The notes: generated by a model from the sequence alone, not told the origin. A stretch of DNA of 64,000 nucleotides from Isoptericola halotolerans (GCF_013149785.1 NZ_JABEZU010000004.1:1-64000), one strand, 5' to 3'. Shown: positions 17,949-28,231, numbered from the stretch's first letter. A program made the numbers and translations.

Positions 17949-19094
17949 ATGCCCTGGGAGCTCACAGTCGGAATCGCCGCGCTGGTCGTCGGTGTCGTCG
18001 CGCTCGTCGTGGCGCTGGTCGCCGTCCGGCGCAACCGCCGTCGGACCGCCGCCACCCCTGCGGCGGGCCGACGGGCCGCCACGTCCCCGACCGGGCCACG
18101 GATCGCCGTCGTGGTCAACCCCTCGAAGGAGAACACCGACCGCATCGTGGACGTCGCCCGGCGCGTCTGCACGGAGGCGGCGCTGCCGGAGCCCCGCTTC
18201 TACGAGACCACCGTCGACGACCCCGGCACGGGCCAGGCGCGCGCTGCCGTGTCCGAGGGAGCCGACATCGTCGTCGCGGCCGGCGGGGACGGCACCGTCC
18301 GCGCCGTCGCCGAGGCGCTGGCCGGCACCGACACCCCGATGGGCATCATCCCCGCCGGCACCGGGAACCTGCTGGCCCGCAACCTCGACATCCCCCTGGC
18401 CGACGTCGGCGAGGCGATGGCCGTGGTGATCGGCGGGCGCGACCGACGCATCGACGTCGGCCGCGCCCGGATCACCCCCGTCCCCGGCGACGGCACCCCG
18501 GACGACGCCGCCGCCGACCCCGCCCTGCCCCGCGGTGCATCCCGGGACGACGACGCCCCGGGGCCTGCCCACCTGTTCCTCGTCATCGCGGGCCTCGGCT
18601 TCGACGCCGCGATGGTCGCCGACACCGACGACCAGCTCAAGGCCCGCATGGGCTGGGTCGCCTACTTCCTCGCCGGGGCCCGGCACCTGCACGGCCGCCG
18701 CATGAAGGCACAGATCGCCCTCGACGACGAGACACCCGTCACAGCCCGGCTGCGCACGTTCCTGGTCGGCAACTGCGGACGGCTGCCCGGTGGCATCACC
18801 CTGCTGCCGGACGCCGTCATGGACGACGGCATCCTCGACGTCGCCGCGATCGACACCCGTGGCGGGCTCGCCGGCTGGGCGCAGCTCTTCGGCGAGGTCG
18901 TCGCCCAGGGCATGGGCGTGCAGAACGAGGCGAAGATCAAGATCGGCCGGATCGACCACGTGCGCGCCGTCCGCGTGCGGATCGACGTCGACGGCGGCGA
19001 GCAGGCACAGGTCGACGGCGACGTGCTCGGCAAGGCGTCGAGCCTCGAGTCCTGGGTGGAGCCCGGGGCGCTGGTGGTGCGCGCGCCCGCATAG
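17949..19094 (+). CDS. Diacylglycerol/lipid kinase family protein with N-terminal TM anchor
   Basis: VVNPSK, GGDGT, PAGTGNLLARNL, GLGFDA, QVDGD. Confidence 0.9.
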   Translation: MPWELTVGIAALVVGVVALVVALVAVRRNRRRTAATPAAGRRAATSPTGPRIAVVVNPSKENTDRIVDVARRVCTEAALPEPRFYETTVDDPGTGQARAAVSEGADIVVAAGGDGTVRAVAEALAGTDTPMGIIPAGTGNLLARNLDIPLADVGEAMAVVIGGRDRRIDVGRARITPVPGDGTPDDAAADPALPRGASRDDDAPGPAHLFLVIAGLGFDAAMVADTDDQLKARMGWVAYFLAGARHLHGRRMKAQIALDDETPVTARLRTFLVGNCGRLPGGITLLPDAVMDDGILDVAAIDTRGGLAGWAQLFGEVVAQGMGVQNEAKIKIGRIDHVRAVRVRIDVDGGEQAQVDGDVLGKASSLESWVEPGALVVRAPA

Positions 19095-19103
19095 GCTGGC
19101 GGG

Positions 19104-22100
19104 GTGCGTCTCCTCGTCCGTCAAGCCTCCGTCGTCGCCGCCCTGCTGGCTGCCCTGCTGCTGAGCCTGACCCCCACGGCCGCCCAGGCGGACGAGACCG
19201 AGTCCCCGACGCAGACACCGCTGGTCCTCGCCGGCGTGGCCGGCCTGCAGTGGTCGGACGTCGACGCCGCCCGCACCCCGAACCTGTGGCGGCTCGTCGA
19301 CGGCGCCTCGGTCGCCTCCGTGTCGGTCCGCACCCTGACGCCCACCTGCCCGCTCGACGCCTGGCTGTCCCTGTCCGCCGGCAGCAGGGTCTCCGCCGCG
19401 ACCGACGAGGACGCCCTGACCGACGACGCGGACGGCGACCTGTCCGGGGACGCCGTCGTCGTCGGCTGTGCGGACATGCCGCTGCTGCCCGCCACGGCCG
19501 AGCCCGTGCCCGTCACCGTGCCCGGGTGGTCCGGCCTCGTCGACGACGAGACGACCGGCCCGACCGCAGAGGCCGGCGCGCTGGGGGACCTCGCCGCCGC
19601 GGCCGGCGTGTGCACCACGGCAGCGGGGCCGGGCGCCGCGGTGGCGCTCGCCGACGCCTCGGGCGACGTCCCACGCTACGTGTCCCGGGCCGCGGACCTC
19701 ACCGCCACGGACGTCGCCGACTGCCCGGTCGGCGTCGTCGACCTGGGCGAGCTCCCCGACGCCGCCGTCGACCGGACGGAGGCCGTCAGCACCCTCGACG
19801 AGACCGTCGGCTCGCTGAGCACGCTGCTGCCCGACGGCGGGCGGCTCGTCGTCGCCGGGATCTCCGACACCCCGAACGGCCCGGCCGACCTGCAGGTCGT
19901 GGTGGACTGGACCGCTCCCGGCGGCGCCGCCACCTGGTTGAGCTCCACCTCCGCACGCTGGCCCGGCGTCGTCGTCAGCGCCGACCTCGCCGCCACCGTC
20001 GCCGACGCGATCACCTCCAGCGCCACCCGCCCGCCGGAGCCGGACGAACCGACCGACGACGCCACCGACGAGCCGGCCGAGCACGAGGCGTCGGCGTTCA
20101 CCGGCTCCGCCCTGGAACGCGGCGACGACCGCCGCCTGTCCGTGAGCCGCACCGTGGAGAACCGTCAGTACCTCGGTGTGCTCACCGAGGTGCTGCCCCT
20201 GATGACCCCCGTGCTGGTCGGGGTCCTGGCGCTCGCCGACGTCCTGGTCGTCGCCGGGCTGCTCCTCGCACGTCGCCGCACCCGGAGCACCGGTCCCGAC
20301 GGTCCGGGCGCGCCGGGCACCACGGGACGCCGCCTGGCGCTCGGCGTGCTGCTCGTCGCCTCCAGCCTGCCCGTCGCCGCCACCCTCGCCACCCTCACGC
20401 GCTGGTGGGTGGGCGCCACGCCGGTCACCCTGCTCGCCGCCGCCCTCAGCGCCATCGCGCTCACGGCCGCGCTGGTCGCGTGGGCCCTGCGACTCGTCGT
20501 GCCACCCGGTCCGTGGCGCCTGCCGACCGCCCTCGCCGCGGTCACCTGGTGCGTGCTGACCCTCGACGGTCTCACCGGGACCACCCTGCAGCAGGGCTCC
20601 CTGCTCGGCCCGGCCCCCTCGCTGGGAGCCCGGTTCTACGGGTTCTCCAACTCCGTGTTCGCCGTGTACTCCGTGGCCGGGCTGGTGCTCGCCGCCGGGC
20701 TCGCGGCGCTGCTCCGCGACGCCGGGGCACGCCGACGCACCCGCGTCGCGGTGGCCGCCGCCGTCGGGCTGGCGACGACCGCCATCGACGGGCTGCCGCC
20801 CTTCGGCGCCGACCTCGGCGGGATCCTCGCCCTCGTCCCGGCGTTCGCGGTGCTCGTCGCCGGCGTGGCCGGATGGCGGCTGACCTGGCGGCGGGTGCTC
20901 GCCGTGGCGATCGGGACGGTCGCCGTCGTGGCCGTGGTCGCGGTGGTCGACTGGGCGATGCCCGGCCCCGCCACGCACCTGGGCGGCTTCGTGCAGTCGG
21001 TGCTCGACGGCGGCGCGTTCGCCGTGGTCGTCGGCAAGGCTGCCGGCGCGTGGGCGACGGTCGCGAACCCGGCCGGCGCGTTCGCCGTGGTGGTCTGCGC
21101 CGGCACCGCCTGGGCGGTGCTCGACCCCGCCCGCGCCCGCCTGCACGGCGTCGCCGCGGCCTACCGGGCCGACCCGCTGCTGCGCAAGACGGTCGTGTCC
21201 CTCGTGACCGTCGCCGTCGTCGGCACGGTGATGAACGACTCCGGGATCGTCGTCGCGGTCTACGTGCTGCTCGTCGCGACGCCGTTCCTCGTCGTCGGTC
21301 CGCTCGAGCACACCGACAGCTCCGCCGGCGGCACGAGCCCCACCGAGAGCGCCGACGGCACCACGGCACCCTCGGGCCGGCGGACCTCCGGCCCGCTGCT
21401 CGCCCGCACGCCCGCGGTCGCCGTCGGGGTCTGTGCCGGGCTGCTCGTGGCCCTGCTGCTCGGCGCCGCGGCCCTGCCCGCCCGCGGCCTGGCGAGCGCC
21501 GGCGACGTCGCCGCGACCGGTACCGAGGTCCTCGACGACGAACCCGTCGTCATCATCGGCACCGAGGGGCTGCGCTGGGCCGACGTGGCCCCCGCCGCCA
21601 CCCCGACGCTGTGGGGCATGCTGCGCGACGGGGCGAGCGCCACCGGCGTCACGGCCGCCGTCACCGGACCCTCGGCGGACTGCCACGCCGCCGGCTGGCT
21701 CGGCCTGGGGTCCGGCCGCAGTCCCGTCACGGGGGAGTTCGTCGACGGCGTGTGGACCTGCGCCCCGTGGGACGTCACCGCGGCGACCGGGTCGGGAACC
21801 GCGGCCACGCAGGGCTCCGCGCAGGTCGAGGGCTGGGAAGGGCTGACGACGCTGCAGTCGGCCTCCGAGTTCCAGCCCCGGCTGGGGGTCCTGGGGGACG
21901 CGCTGGCCGAGGGCGACGTGTGCTCCACCGCCGTCGGCCCCGGCGCCGCCCTCGCCCTCGCCGGGACGGGCGGCGACGTGGACCGCTACCGCACGCTCGA
22001 GGCGGCGCTCGCCGAGCCCGGCGACGCGTTCTCCTGCGCCGTGACCATGGTCGACGCCGGGTCCGCGCCCTACCACCCCACCGGCGAGGGCAGCACGGCC

Positions 22101-23627
22101 CGGCCGGTGCCCGACGACGCCACGACCGACGCGGAGGCGCGCGCCGACGCGCTGCGCGCCGTCGACACCACGGTTCGCCGGGTGCTCTCCGTCGTGCCGG
22201 AGGACGCCACCGTCATGGTGCTCGACGTCGGCAACCCCGCACCGGTGCGACCCGCGCTCGGGGTCGGTGTCGTGCGGACCGACACGGACACGTCACCCGC
22301 CTACCTCACGACGTCCTCCACCCGGTGGCTGGGCGTGGTGCGGCTGCTGGACCTGCCGGTCACCCTGGTCGAGGCGTACGACCTGCCGCGGCCGACCGAC
22401 TTCTCCGGCGCGCCCCTCACGCTCGCCGACGAGCGCCCCACCACGGTCACCGCCACCGCACGCGAGCTCGACTCGCTCACCACCCGTGACCACGCGCTGC
22501 GCGTGGTCACGGGCTCCATCACGGGGATCCCCGTCCTGGTGTCCCTGGCCGCGCTCGCCCTGGTCGTGCTGTGGCTGCCCCGCCTGCGACGCCGCTCCCC
22601 CCGTCCGGCACGGGTCTGGTCCCGCGCGCTGGACGTGCTGCTGCTGGCGTGCGCCTCCCTGCCGGCCGCCACCTTCCTCATGAGCACCTGGGGCTGGTGG
22701 CGGGGCGACAGCCCTGCCCTGGCGCTCTGGCTCTCCCTCGGCGTCAGCACCGCCCTGGTCTGCCTCGTGGCGGCGCTCGCCCCTCGCCGGCCGGTCTGGG
22801 CAGGGCCCACCGTGCTGGCGACCATCACGTTCGCCGTCCTGACGCTGGACGCCGTCCTGGGCACCCCGCTCCACCGCGGGAGCCCGCTCGGCGCCGCGCC
22901 GACCCTCGGCGGCAGGTTCTACGGCTTCGGCAACCCCACCTACTCCGTGTACGCCGTCGCCGCGGTGTTCTGCGCGGCCGGGATCGGGGCCGTGCTGGCC
23001 CGCCGTCTCGGCCGGGTCGCCGGGGGCGTGGTGGCGTCCGTCATCGGCCTGGTGGCGCTGGCGGTGAGCATCCTGCCCTCGCTCGGGGCCGACGTCGGCG
23101 GCGGGCTCGTGCTGCTCCCCGTCATGGTCGTGGTGGTGCTCGCCGTCGTCGGCGCCCGGATCACGTGGTCACGGCTCGCCGTCGCCGGTGGCGCCGGTGT
23201 GCTGCTGGTCGCGGTGATCGGCTACCTGGACTGGCTGCGACCCGTCGCCGAACGGACCCACCTCGGGGCGTTCGTGCAGTCCGCCGTGGACGGCACGGCG
23301 CTCGAGACGATCTGGCGCAAGGCCGGGTACGCCTGGCGGTCGCTGTCCGGCGGGTTCGACGCCTGGTTGGCGCTCGCCGTCCTGCTGCTGCTCGTCCTGG
23401 CCCTGTGGGGCCCGCACCGGTGGCGGCCACGCTGGCTGGTGCGCTCCGAGGCTGCGTGGCCGCTGCTGCGACCCGTGCTCATCGCCCTGCTGATCGCCGG
23501 GGTCGGTGGCGCCGTCGCCAACGACTACGGCATCCGGGTGGTGTCCCTCATGCTGTTCGCCGCCGTGCCCCTGGTGGGGCTGATCACGCTGCGGACCGAC
23601 GACGCCGAGCCGGTCGACCGACGGTGA
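19104..23627 (+). CDS. 1507-aa membrane protein made of two tandem units of (extracellular alpha/beta domain + multi-TM domain); function unknown
   Basis: Signal peptide, typical GC3 bias, paired motifs in both halves (RFYGFxN, GADxGG, THLG, NDxG). Confidence 0.85.
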   Translation: MRLLVRQASVVAALLAALLLSLTPTAAQADETESPTQTPLVLAGVAGLQWSDVDAARTPNLWRLVDGASVASVSVRTLTPTCPLDAWLSLSAGSRVSAATDEDALTDDADGDLSGDAVVVGCADMPLLPATAEPVPVTVPGWSGLVDDETTGPTAEAGALGDLAAAAGVCTTAAGPGAAVALADASGDVPRYVSRAADLTATDVADCPVGVVDLGELPDAAVDRTEAVSTLDETVGSLSTLLPDGGRLVVAGISDTPNGPADLQVVVDWTAPGGAATWLSSTSARWPGVVVSADLAATVADAITSSATRPPEPDEPTDDATDEPAEHEASAFTGSALERGDDRRLSVSRTVENRQYLGVLTEVLPLMTPVLVGVLALADVLVVAGLLLARRRTRSTGPDGPGAPGTTGRRLALGVLLVASSLPVAATLATLTRWWVGATPVTLLAAALSAIALTAALVAWALRLVVPPGPWRLPTALAAVTWCVLTLDGLTGTTLQQGSLLGPAPSLGARFYGFSNSVFAVYSVAGLVLAAGLAALLRDAGARRRTRVAVAAAVGLATTAIDGLPPFGADLGGILALVPAFAVLVAGVAGWRLTWRRVLAVAIGTVAVVAVVAVVDWAMPGPATHLGGFVQSVLDGGAFAVVVGKAAGAWATVANPAGAFAVVVCAGTAWAVLDPARARLHGVAAAYRADPLLRKTVVSLVTVAVVGTVMNDSGIVVAVYVLLVATPFLVVGPLEHTDSSAGGTSPTESADGTTAPSGRRTSGPLLARTPAVAVGVCAGLLVALLLGAAALPARGLASAGDVAATGTEVLDDEPVVIIGTEGLRWADVAPAATPTLWGMLRDGASATGVTAAVTGPSADCHAAGWLGLGSGRSPVTGEFVDGVWTCAPWDVTAATGSGTAATQGSAQVEGWEGLTTLQSASEFQPRLGVLGDALAEGDVCSTAVGPGAALALAGTGGDVDRYRTLEAALAEPGDAFSCAVTMVDAGSAPYHPTGEGSTARPVPDDATTDAEARADALRAVDTTVRRVLSVVPEDATVMVLDVGNPAPVRPALGVGVVRTDTDTSPAYLTTSSTRWLGVVRLLDLPVTLVEAYDLPRPTDFSGAPLTLADERPTTVTATARELDSLTTRDHALRVVTGSITGIPVLVSLAALALVVLWLPRLRRRSPRPARVWSRALDVLLLACASLPAATFLMSTWGWWRGDSPALALWLSLGVSTALVCLVAALAPRRPVWAGPTVLATITFAVLTLDAVLGTPLHRGSPLGAAPTLGGRFYGFGNPTYSVYAVAAVFCAAGIGAVLARRLGRVAGGVVASVIGLVALAVSILPSLGADVGGGLVLLPVMVVVVLAVVGARITWSRLAVAGGAGVLLVAVIGYLDWLRPVAERTHLGAFVQSAVDGTALETIWRKAGYAWRSLSGGFDAWLALAVLLLLVLALWGPHRWRPRWLVRSEAAWPLLRPVLIALLIAGVGGAVANDYGIRVVSLMLFAAVPLVGLITLRTDDAEPVDRR

Positions 23628-23645
23628 GGCGGGCCCGCAGCGTGG

Positions 23646-24515
23646 TCAGGTGCGGGCGCCGCGTCGGCCGATCTTGTCGACGACCCGTCGCACCTGGCGG
23701 GTGCCCACCGCGGCCATGACGTCGCGGTACTGCCCGGCGCGGTGCAGCTGACCCGCGAGGTCGTTCGACGACGGGCGGTGGCGCAGGTCGCACGGGACCT
23801 CGACGGCGACGTACCCCGCGCGCAGCAGGTCGATCGTCATGCCGGTCTCCACACCGAAGCCGTGCGCGAGCGGTGTGGCGGCCTCGAACGCCTCCCGCGT
23901 CAGGCAGCGCATGCCGGACAGCGGCTGCGTCGGGCTCCAGCCCGTGAGCCGCTGGATCGCACGGCGTGCAGCGCCGACCACGATGCCCCGACCGCCGGCG
24001 CCCTTCTGAGCGGGCAGCAACGCGATGGCCAGGTCGGCGACGCCCTCGCGGACCGGGCCGACCAGCGGCGCGGTGTTCACGGCGGTGTCACCGAGGTCGC
24101 CGTCGATGAAGAGCAGCAGCCGCTGCGGTCGGCCGTCGGCGTCGCGCATCGCGGCGACGGCGGCGCCCGTCTCCATGGCGGCGGCCTTGCCCCGGTTGTG
24201 GGAGTGCCGTACGACGACGGCGCCGGCGTCGCGCGCGACGTGCTGGGTGTCGTCCTCGGAGCCGTCGTCCACCACGAGCACGAGGTCGACGTGCGGGATG
24301 GCGCGCGCCGACCGCACGGTGGCCGCGATCCGCTCTGCCTCGTCCTTCGCCGGGATGACGACGGCGACCCGCTGCACGCTGCGCCCACCGCGGGCGGTGG
24401 GCGGGCGCGGGGTCTTGGCCACCGGCATCCTCGGGCGTCGGGCCCCCGCGTTCACCGGTCCGTCCCCGGGTGTCGTCTCACGGCCGGTCCGTGTTGCCCC
24501 GTGCTCCGCGTTCAC
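23646..24515 (-). CDS. Glycosyltransferase family 2
   Basis: VVIPAKDE, VDDGSED, NRGKAAA, FIDGD (DxD), PLSGMR. Confidence 0.9.
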   Translation of the reverse strand: MNAEHGATRTGRETTPGDGPVNAGARRPRMPVAKTPRPPTARGGRSVQRVAVVIPAKDEAERIAATVRSARAIPHVDLVLVVDDGSEDDTQHVARDAGAVVVRHSHNRGKAAAMETGAAVAAMRDADGRPQRLLLFIDGDLGDTAVNTAPLVGPVREGVADLAIALLPAQKGAGGRGIVVGAARRAIQRLTGWSPTQPLSGMRCLTREAFEAATPLAHGFGVETGMTIDLLRAGYVAVEVPCDLRHRPSSNDLAGQLHRAGQYRDVMAAVGTRQVRRVVDKIGRRGART

Positions 24516-24687
24516 AGCTCCCTGCCTGTGCGGCCGTCACAGCCACGATCGTCGATGTGATCCACGGCGTGACCCGCCGGGATCGGAAGTGCAAAGAACT
24601 TCCCTCAGAATCGTACTCCCCCGGTAGGCGACTTTCTGTGCATCCACGGGGCAGGTCGGCGATGGCCGGGTGAATTTTCTGTGGGGG

Positions 24688-25512
24688 TCAGCGCAGAGTG
24701 ACCTGGCGGGAGACAATCCCGGCCCGCGCCCGACGCTCGTTGGCGTCCAGCGGCTCGTCGACGGACAGCGCCGCCTCGAACCGCCGCGACAGGTCCTGGA
24801 CGGGCTCGGTCAGCTCCGCCGCCTCGGTGCCCCGCGGCAGCTCCCAGACGGGCACGACGAGCCCGCACGCCCGGAACATCCCCAGGAACTTCCCGCCGGC
24901 GAGACCGGACTCGCGCTTCGCGTGCAACCGGGCGATGGCGTCCACCACACGGTCCTCGTCCTCCGTGCGGGCCCACCGCAGGAACTCACGGCTCATCCGG
25001 CACCAGTAGGCGGACTCGACGCCCTCGACCTTGACCGTGGGGATCGTCTGCTCGGCGGCCTCCTCGAGGCCCTCCTTGATCTCGGCGGTCATCTCCGCCG
25101 ACGAGTCGATCCAGTAGTCGTACCCCTCGTGGACCGTGACCTCGAACGGCACCGAGACGTCCAGCACGTCCTGCAGGCGCGGGGTGTCGGAGGTGACGTC
25201 GAGCTGCTCCGGCAGGATGCCGGTGCCGGGCTCGGCCTCGATCGCCGCGAGCAGCGCCGCCGCCAGCGACCGGCTCACGTCGTCGGCGCTGAGCACGCCC
25301 TGGACGGCGAGCAGCACGGTGCCGTCCTCGCGGTGCAGCGCGGACCAGCCGCCCGGCAGGACGGTGGCGACGACGACGTCGCGGCCACCGTGCGTGTCAA
25401 CGGTGCGCGCCGGAGCGGTCGCCGAGGGCACGATCTCCCGCATCGAGACCCAGTCGGCCTCCCCCGGGAGACCTTCGAACGGACGCAGCACGAACTCAGC
25501 GGTCTTGGCCAT
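24688..25512 (-). CDS. DUF5926-family protein
   Basis: RPFEGLPGEADWVSMREIVPSATA, SAYWC, GMFRACGLVVPVWEL. Confidence 0.75.
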   Translation of the reverse strand: MAKTAEFVLRPFEGLPGEADWVSMREIVPSATAPARTVDTHGGRDVVVATVLPGGWSALHREDGTVLLAVQGVLSADDVSRSLAAALLAAIEAEPGTGILPEQLDVTSDTPRLQDVLDVSVPFEVTVHEGYDYWIDSSAEMTAEIKEGLEEAAEQTIPTVKVEGVESAYWCRMSREFLRWARTEDEDRVVDAIARLHAKRESGLAGGKFLGMFRACGLVVPVWELPRGTEAAELTEPVQDLSRRFEAALSVDEPLDANERRARAGIVSRQVTLR

Positions 25513-25538
25513 GCGCCCGATCCTAACGGCCGAGCGCG

Positions 25539-25946
25539 TCAGGTGATGATCTCGTCGAAGCGCCGGGCCTCCTCGCCGTCCATCAGCCCGATCACGTTGC
25601 CGGCCGGGTCGGCGAACCAGGCACCGTCCCCGCCCATCATGAATCCTCGGACGATCCCTCGTTCGTCGTGGTCGAAGCTGTCGTACCGGAGCATCTCCAC
25701 GCCCTTCGCCTCCAGCTCGTCCACCGCCGCGTCGACGTCGTCCACCGCCAGGTGGAAGATCGTGAACGTCGCAGGGACGTGGTCCTCCTTCGGGTAGACG
25801 AAGAACGCGCTCCCACCGTCGAGGTGCAGGACCAGGAACTGCTCGCCGACCGTCACCCGCGCCCCCAGCACGTCCTCGTAGAATCTCCGGGCCGCGTCCA
25901 GGTCGTCGACCGAGAAGCTCGCGAGCCCGCGCCGCGTGCTGATCAT
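25539..25946 (-). CDS. VOC/glyoxalase family protein
   Basis: SVDDLDAARRFY, AWFADPAGNVI. Confidence 0.88.
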   Translation of the reverse strand: MISTRRGLASFSVDDLDAARRFYEDVLGARVTVGEQFLVLHLDGGSAFFVYPKEDHVPATFTIFHLAVDDVDAAVDELEAKGVEMLRYDSFDHDERGIVRGFMMGGDGAWFADPAGNVIGLMDGEEARRFDEIIT

Positions 25947-26075
25947 GAGGCACCTCCACGTGCCAGGGCGGACCCGGGGGCCGGAGGCCCGTACGGTGAG
26001 GGCTCCGCCTCCCCCCAGGATGCTCCCGCCGGACCGGTCCGGACGGGTGAAATCCGCATGGCATACCGTCGGTCC

Positions 26076-27288
26076 ATGAACCGGCTCGCCGCGACGCTCC
26101 CCGTCGCCGACCTCCCTCGAGGAGCTGCGGTCCGCCGCCCGTCGCGCCGGGGTCGTGGGGCCGCTCGTGGACGCCCCGCTCGACCCGGCACGGGTCGCGG
26201 CGTCCTTCGCCTCGGACCGTCTCCTGCGGGTCGACGGCGAGCCCTGGGCCGGGTTCGCCCCGCACTCCGGGTTCTTCCCCACCTCCGACGGCTGGGTCCG
26301 CACCCATGCCAACTACCCGCACCACCGCCGTCGGCTGCTGCGGCTGCTCGGGCTCCCCGACGACGGCACGCGGGACGACCTCGCGGCACGCCTCGCCGAG
26401 CTCCCGGCACAGCAGGTCGAGGATGCGGCGGCCGACGGCGGGGCGATCGCCGTGCGGGTGCGCCCGGAGAGCGAGTGGCGGGCGAGCGCGCCCGGCCGGG
26501 CCGCCGCCGTCGGCCCCCTGGTGACCACGGCGCCACGACCGGACGGCCGGGCCGCCTCGGGGACCCCGCCCCTGGCCGGCGCGCGGGTGCTGGACCTGAC
26601 GCGGGTGATCGCCGGGCCGGTCGGCACCCGCACGCTGGCGCTGCTCGGCGCCGACGTGCTGCGCGTCGACCCGCCGGAGCCGGCCGAGATCGGTGCCCAG
26701 CACCTCGACACCGGGCAGGGCAAGCGCTCGACCCTGCTCGACCTGCGCCGGCGCGACGACCACGCACGCGCCCAGGATCTGCTCGACGCCGCGGACGTCC
26801 TGGTCACCGGCTACCGGCCGGGTGCGATCGAGTCCCACGGTCTGCAGGTGCCGCCCGGCACGGTGCACGCGCGCGTCTCCGCCTGGGGCACCAGCGGCCC
26901 GTGGGCGGACCGGCGCGGGTTCGACTCGATCGTGCAGGCGGCCGGCGGCATCGCGCTGATCGAGTCCGCCGACGGCGTCACCCCGGGCGCCCTGCCCGCG
27001 CAGGCGCTCGACCATGCCACGGGGTACCTGCTCGCCGCCGGGGTCGTCGACGCCCTGACCGCGCGGTCGCACGACGGGGCCGGCCGGGACGTGGCAGTCT
27101 GCCTCGCCCGGACGGCCACCTGGCTCCTCGACGCCCCCGGTCGCACCCCGGACCACCCGCCGGCCGAGCCCCCGCCGTCGGACGCCACCGTGACCCACGG
27201 GCGGGTGCGGTACGCCCGCCCGGCGCTCCCGGTCGACGACTACCCGGCACCCGCCCGCCCCTGGGGCACCGACCCGCCTCTCTGGTGA
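26076..27288 (+). pseudogene. CaiB/BaiF CoA-transferase family III, apparently frameshifted near 26113 (intact reading possible from GTG 26155)
   Basis: RVLDLTRVIAGPV, GADVLRVD, GKRS, RRGFDSIVQAA; the ATG at 26076 behind a -10 is out of frame with the body. Confidence 0.55.
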
Positions 27289-27304
27289 CCGAGGGGCCGG
27301 CGAC

Positions 27305-28231
27305 TCAGAGGTGGTCGAGGCGCTGCAGGATCGCGCCCTCGCGCAGCGCCCACGGGCAGACCTCGACCTCGGCGACGCCCAGCGCGGCCATCGCCTCCTG
27401 GGCGACGACGGCGCCCGCCACGATCTGCAGCGCCCGTCCGGGGCCGATGCCGGGCAGCACCGTGCGGTCCACCGAGGACAGCCGGGCGAGGCGCGGCTCC
27501 CAGTCGGCCAGGTGGTCGTGCCGCATCCTCCACCGCTCCCCGGTGCCCATCACCTGGCGCGGCATCCCGGCCAGGCGGGCGAGCGAGCGGAACGTCTTCG
27601 ACGTCGCCACCGCGTGGTCGGGGGCCGGGGCGCCCGCGACCGGGCCGACGGCGTCGCGGAGCACCGACCGTGCGTGCTTGCGGAGCTTCTCGACGTCACC
27701 GGGCTTCGGCGGGTCGGCGTCGAGCAGGAAGCGCCGCGTCATCCGGCCCGCGCCGAGCGGGACCGAGAGCGCGACGTCGGGGGTCTCGTCGACCCCGGTC
27801 GCGATCTCGAGGGACCCACCACCGATGTCGAGCAGCAGCAGCCTCCCGGCACCCCAGCCGTACCAGCGGCGGGCGGCCAGGAACGTCAGCCGGGCCTCCT
27901 CGTCGCCGGCGAGCACCTCGATGGGCACGCCGGCACGCTCCTCCAGGTCCGCGAGCACCTCGGCACCGTTGGTCGCCTCCCGCAGGGCGGACGTCGCCAG
28001 CGCCATCGTCTGCTCGATGCCGTGCTCACGGCCCGCCGCGGCAGCCGCCTCGACGGCACGTCGCAGCTCCTTGACGCCGGTCCTGGAGATCGAGCCGTCC
28101 GGCTCGACGTAGCGCATGAGCCGCACCGTCGTCTTGTGGCTGGCCTGCGGCACCGGCCGCGCACCGGCCCGGGCGTCCATGACGAGCAGATGGACGGTGT
28201 TGGAGCCGATGTCGATCACGCCGAGTCGCAT
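27305..28231 (-). CDS. ppx: Ppx/GppA family phosphatase
   Basis: IDIGSNT, ATSALREA, DIGGGSLE, ALREG. Confidence 0.88.
   Translation of the reverse strand: MRLGVIDIGSNTVHLLVMDARAGARPVPQASHKTTVRLMRYVEPDGSISRTGVKELRRAVEAAAAAGREHGIEQTMALATSALREATNGAEVLADLEERAGVPIEVLAGDEEARLTFLAARRWYGWGAGRLLLLDIGGGSLEIATGVDETPDVALSVPLGAGRMTRRFLLDADPPKPGDVEKLRKHARSVLRDAVGPVAGAPAPDHAVATSKTFRSLARLAGMPRQVMGTGERWRMRHDHLADWEPRLARLSSVDRTVLPGIGPGRALQIVAGAVVAQEAMAALGVAEVEVCPWALREGAILQRLDHL

Noticed and set aside
16517..22489. 1990-aa plus-strand ORF (and the 1420-aa antisense ORF 17814-22076)
   Set aside because: Shadow frames of serS, the lipid kinase and the large membrane gene; Arg/Pro/Gly-rich with no motifs, as expected from stop-codon scarcity at high GC.
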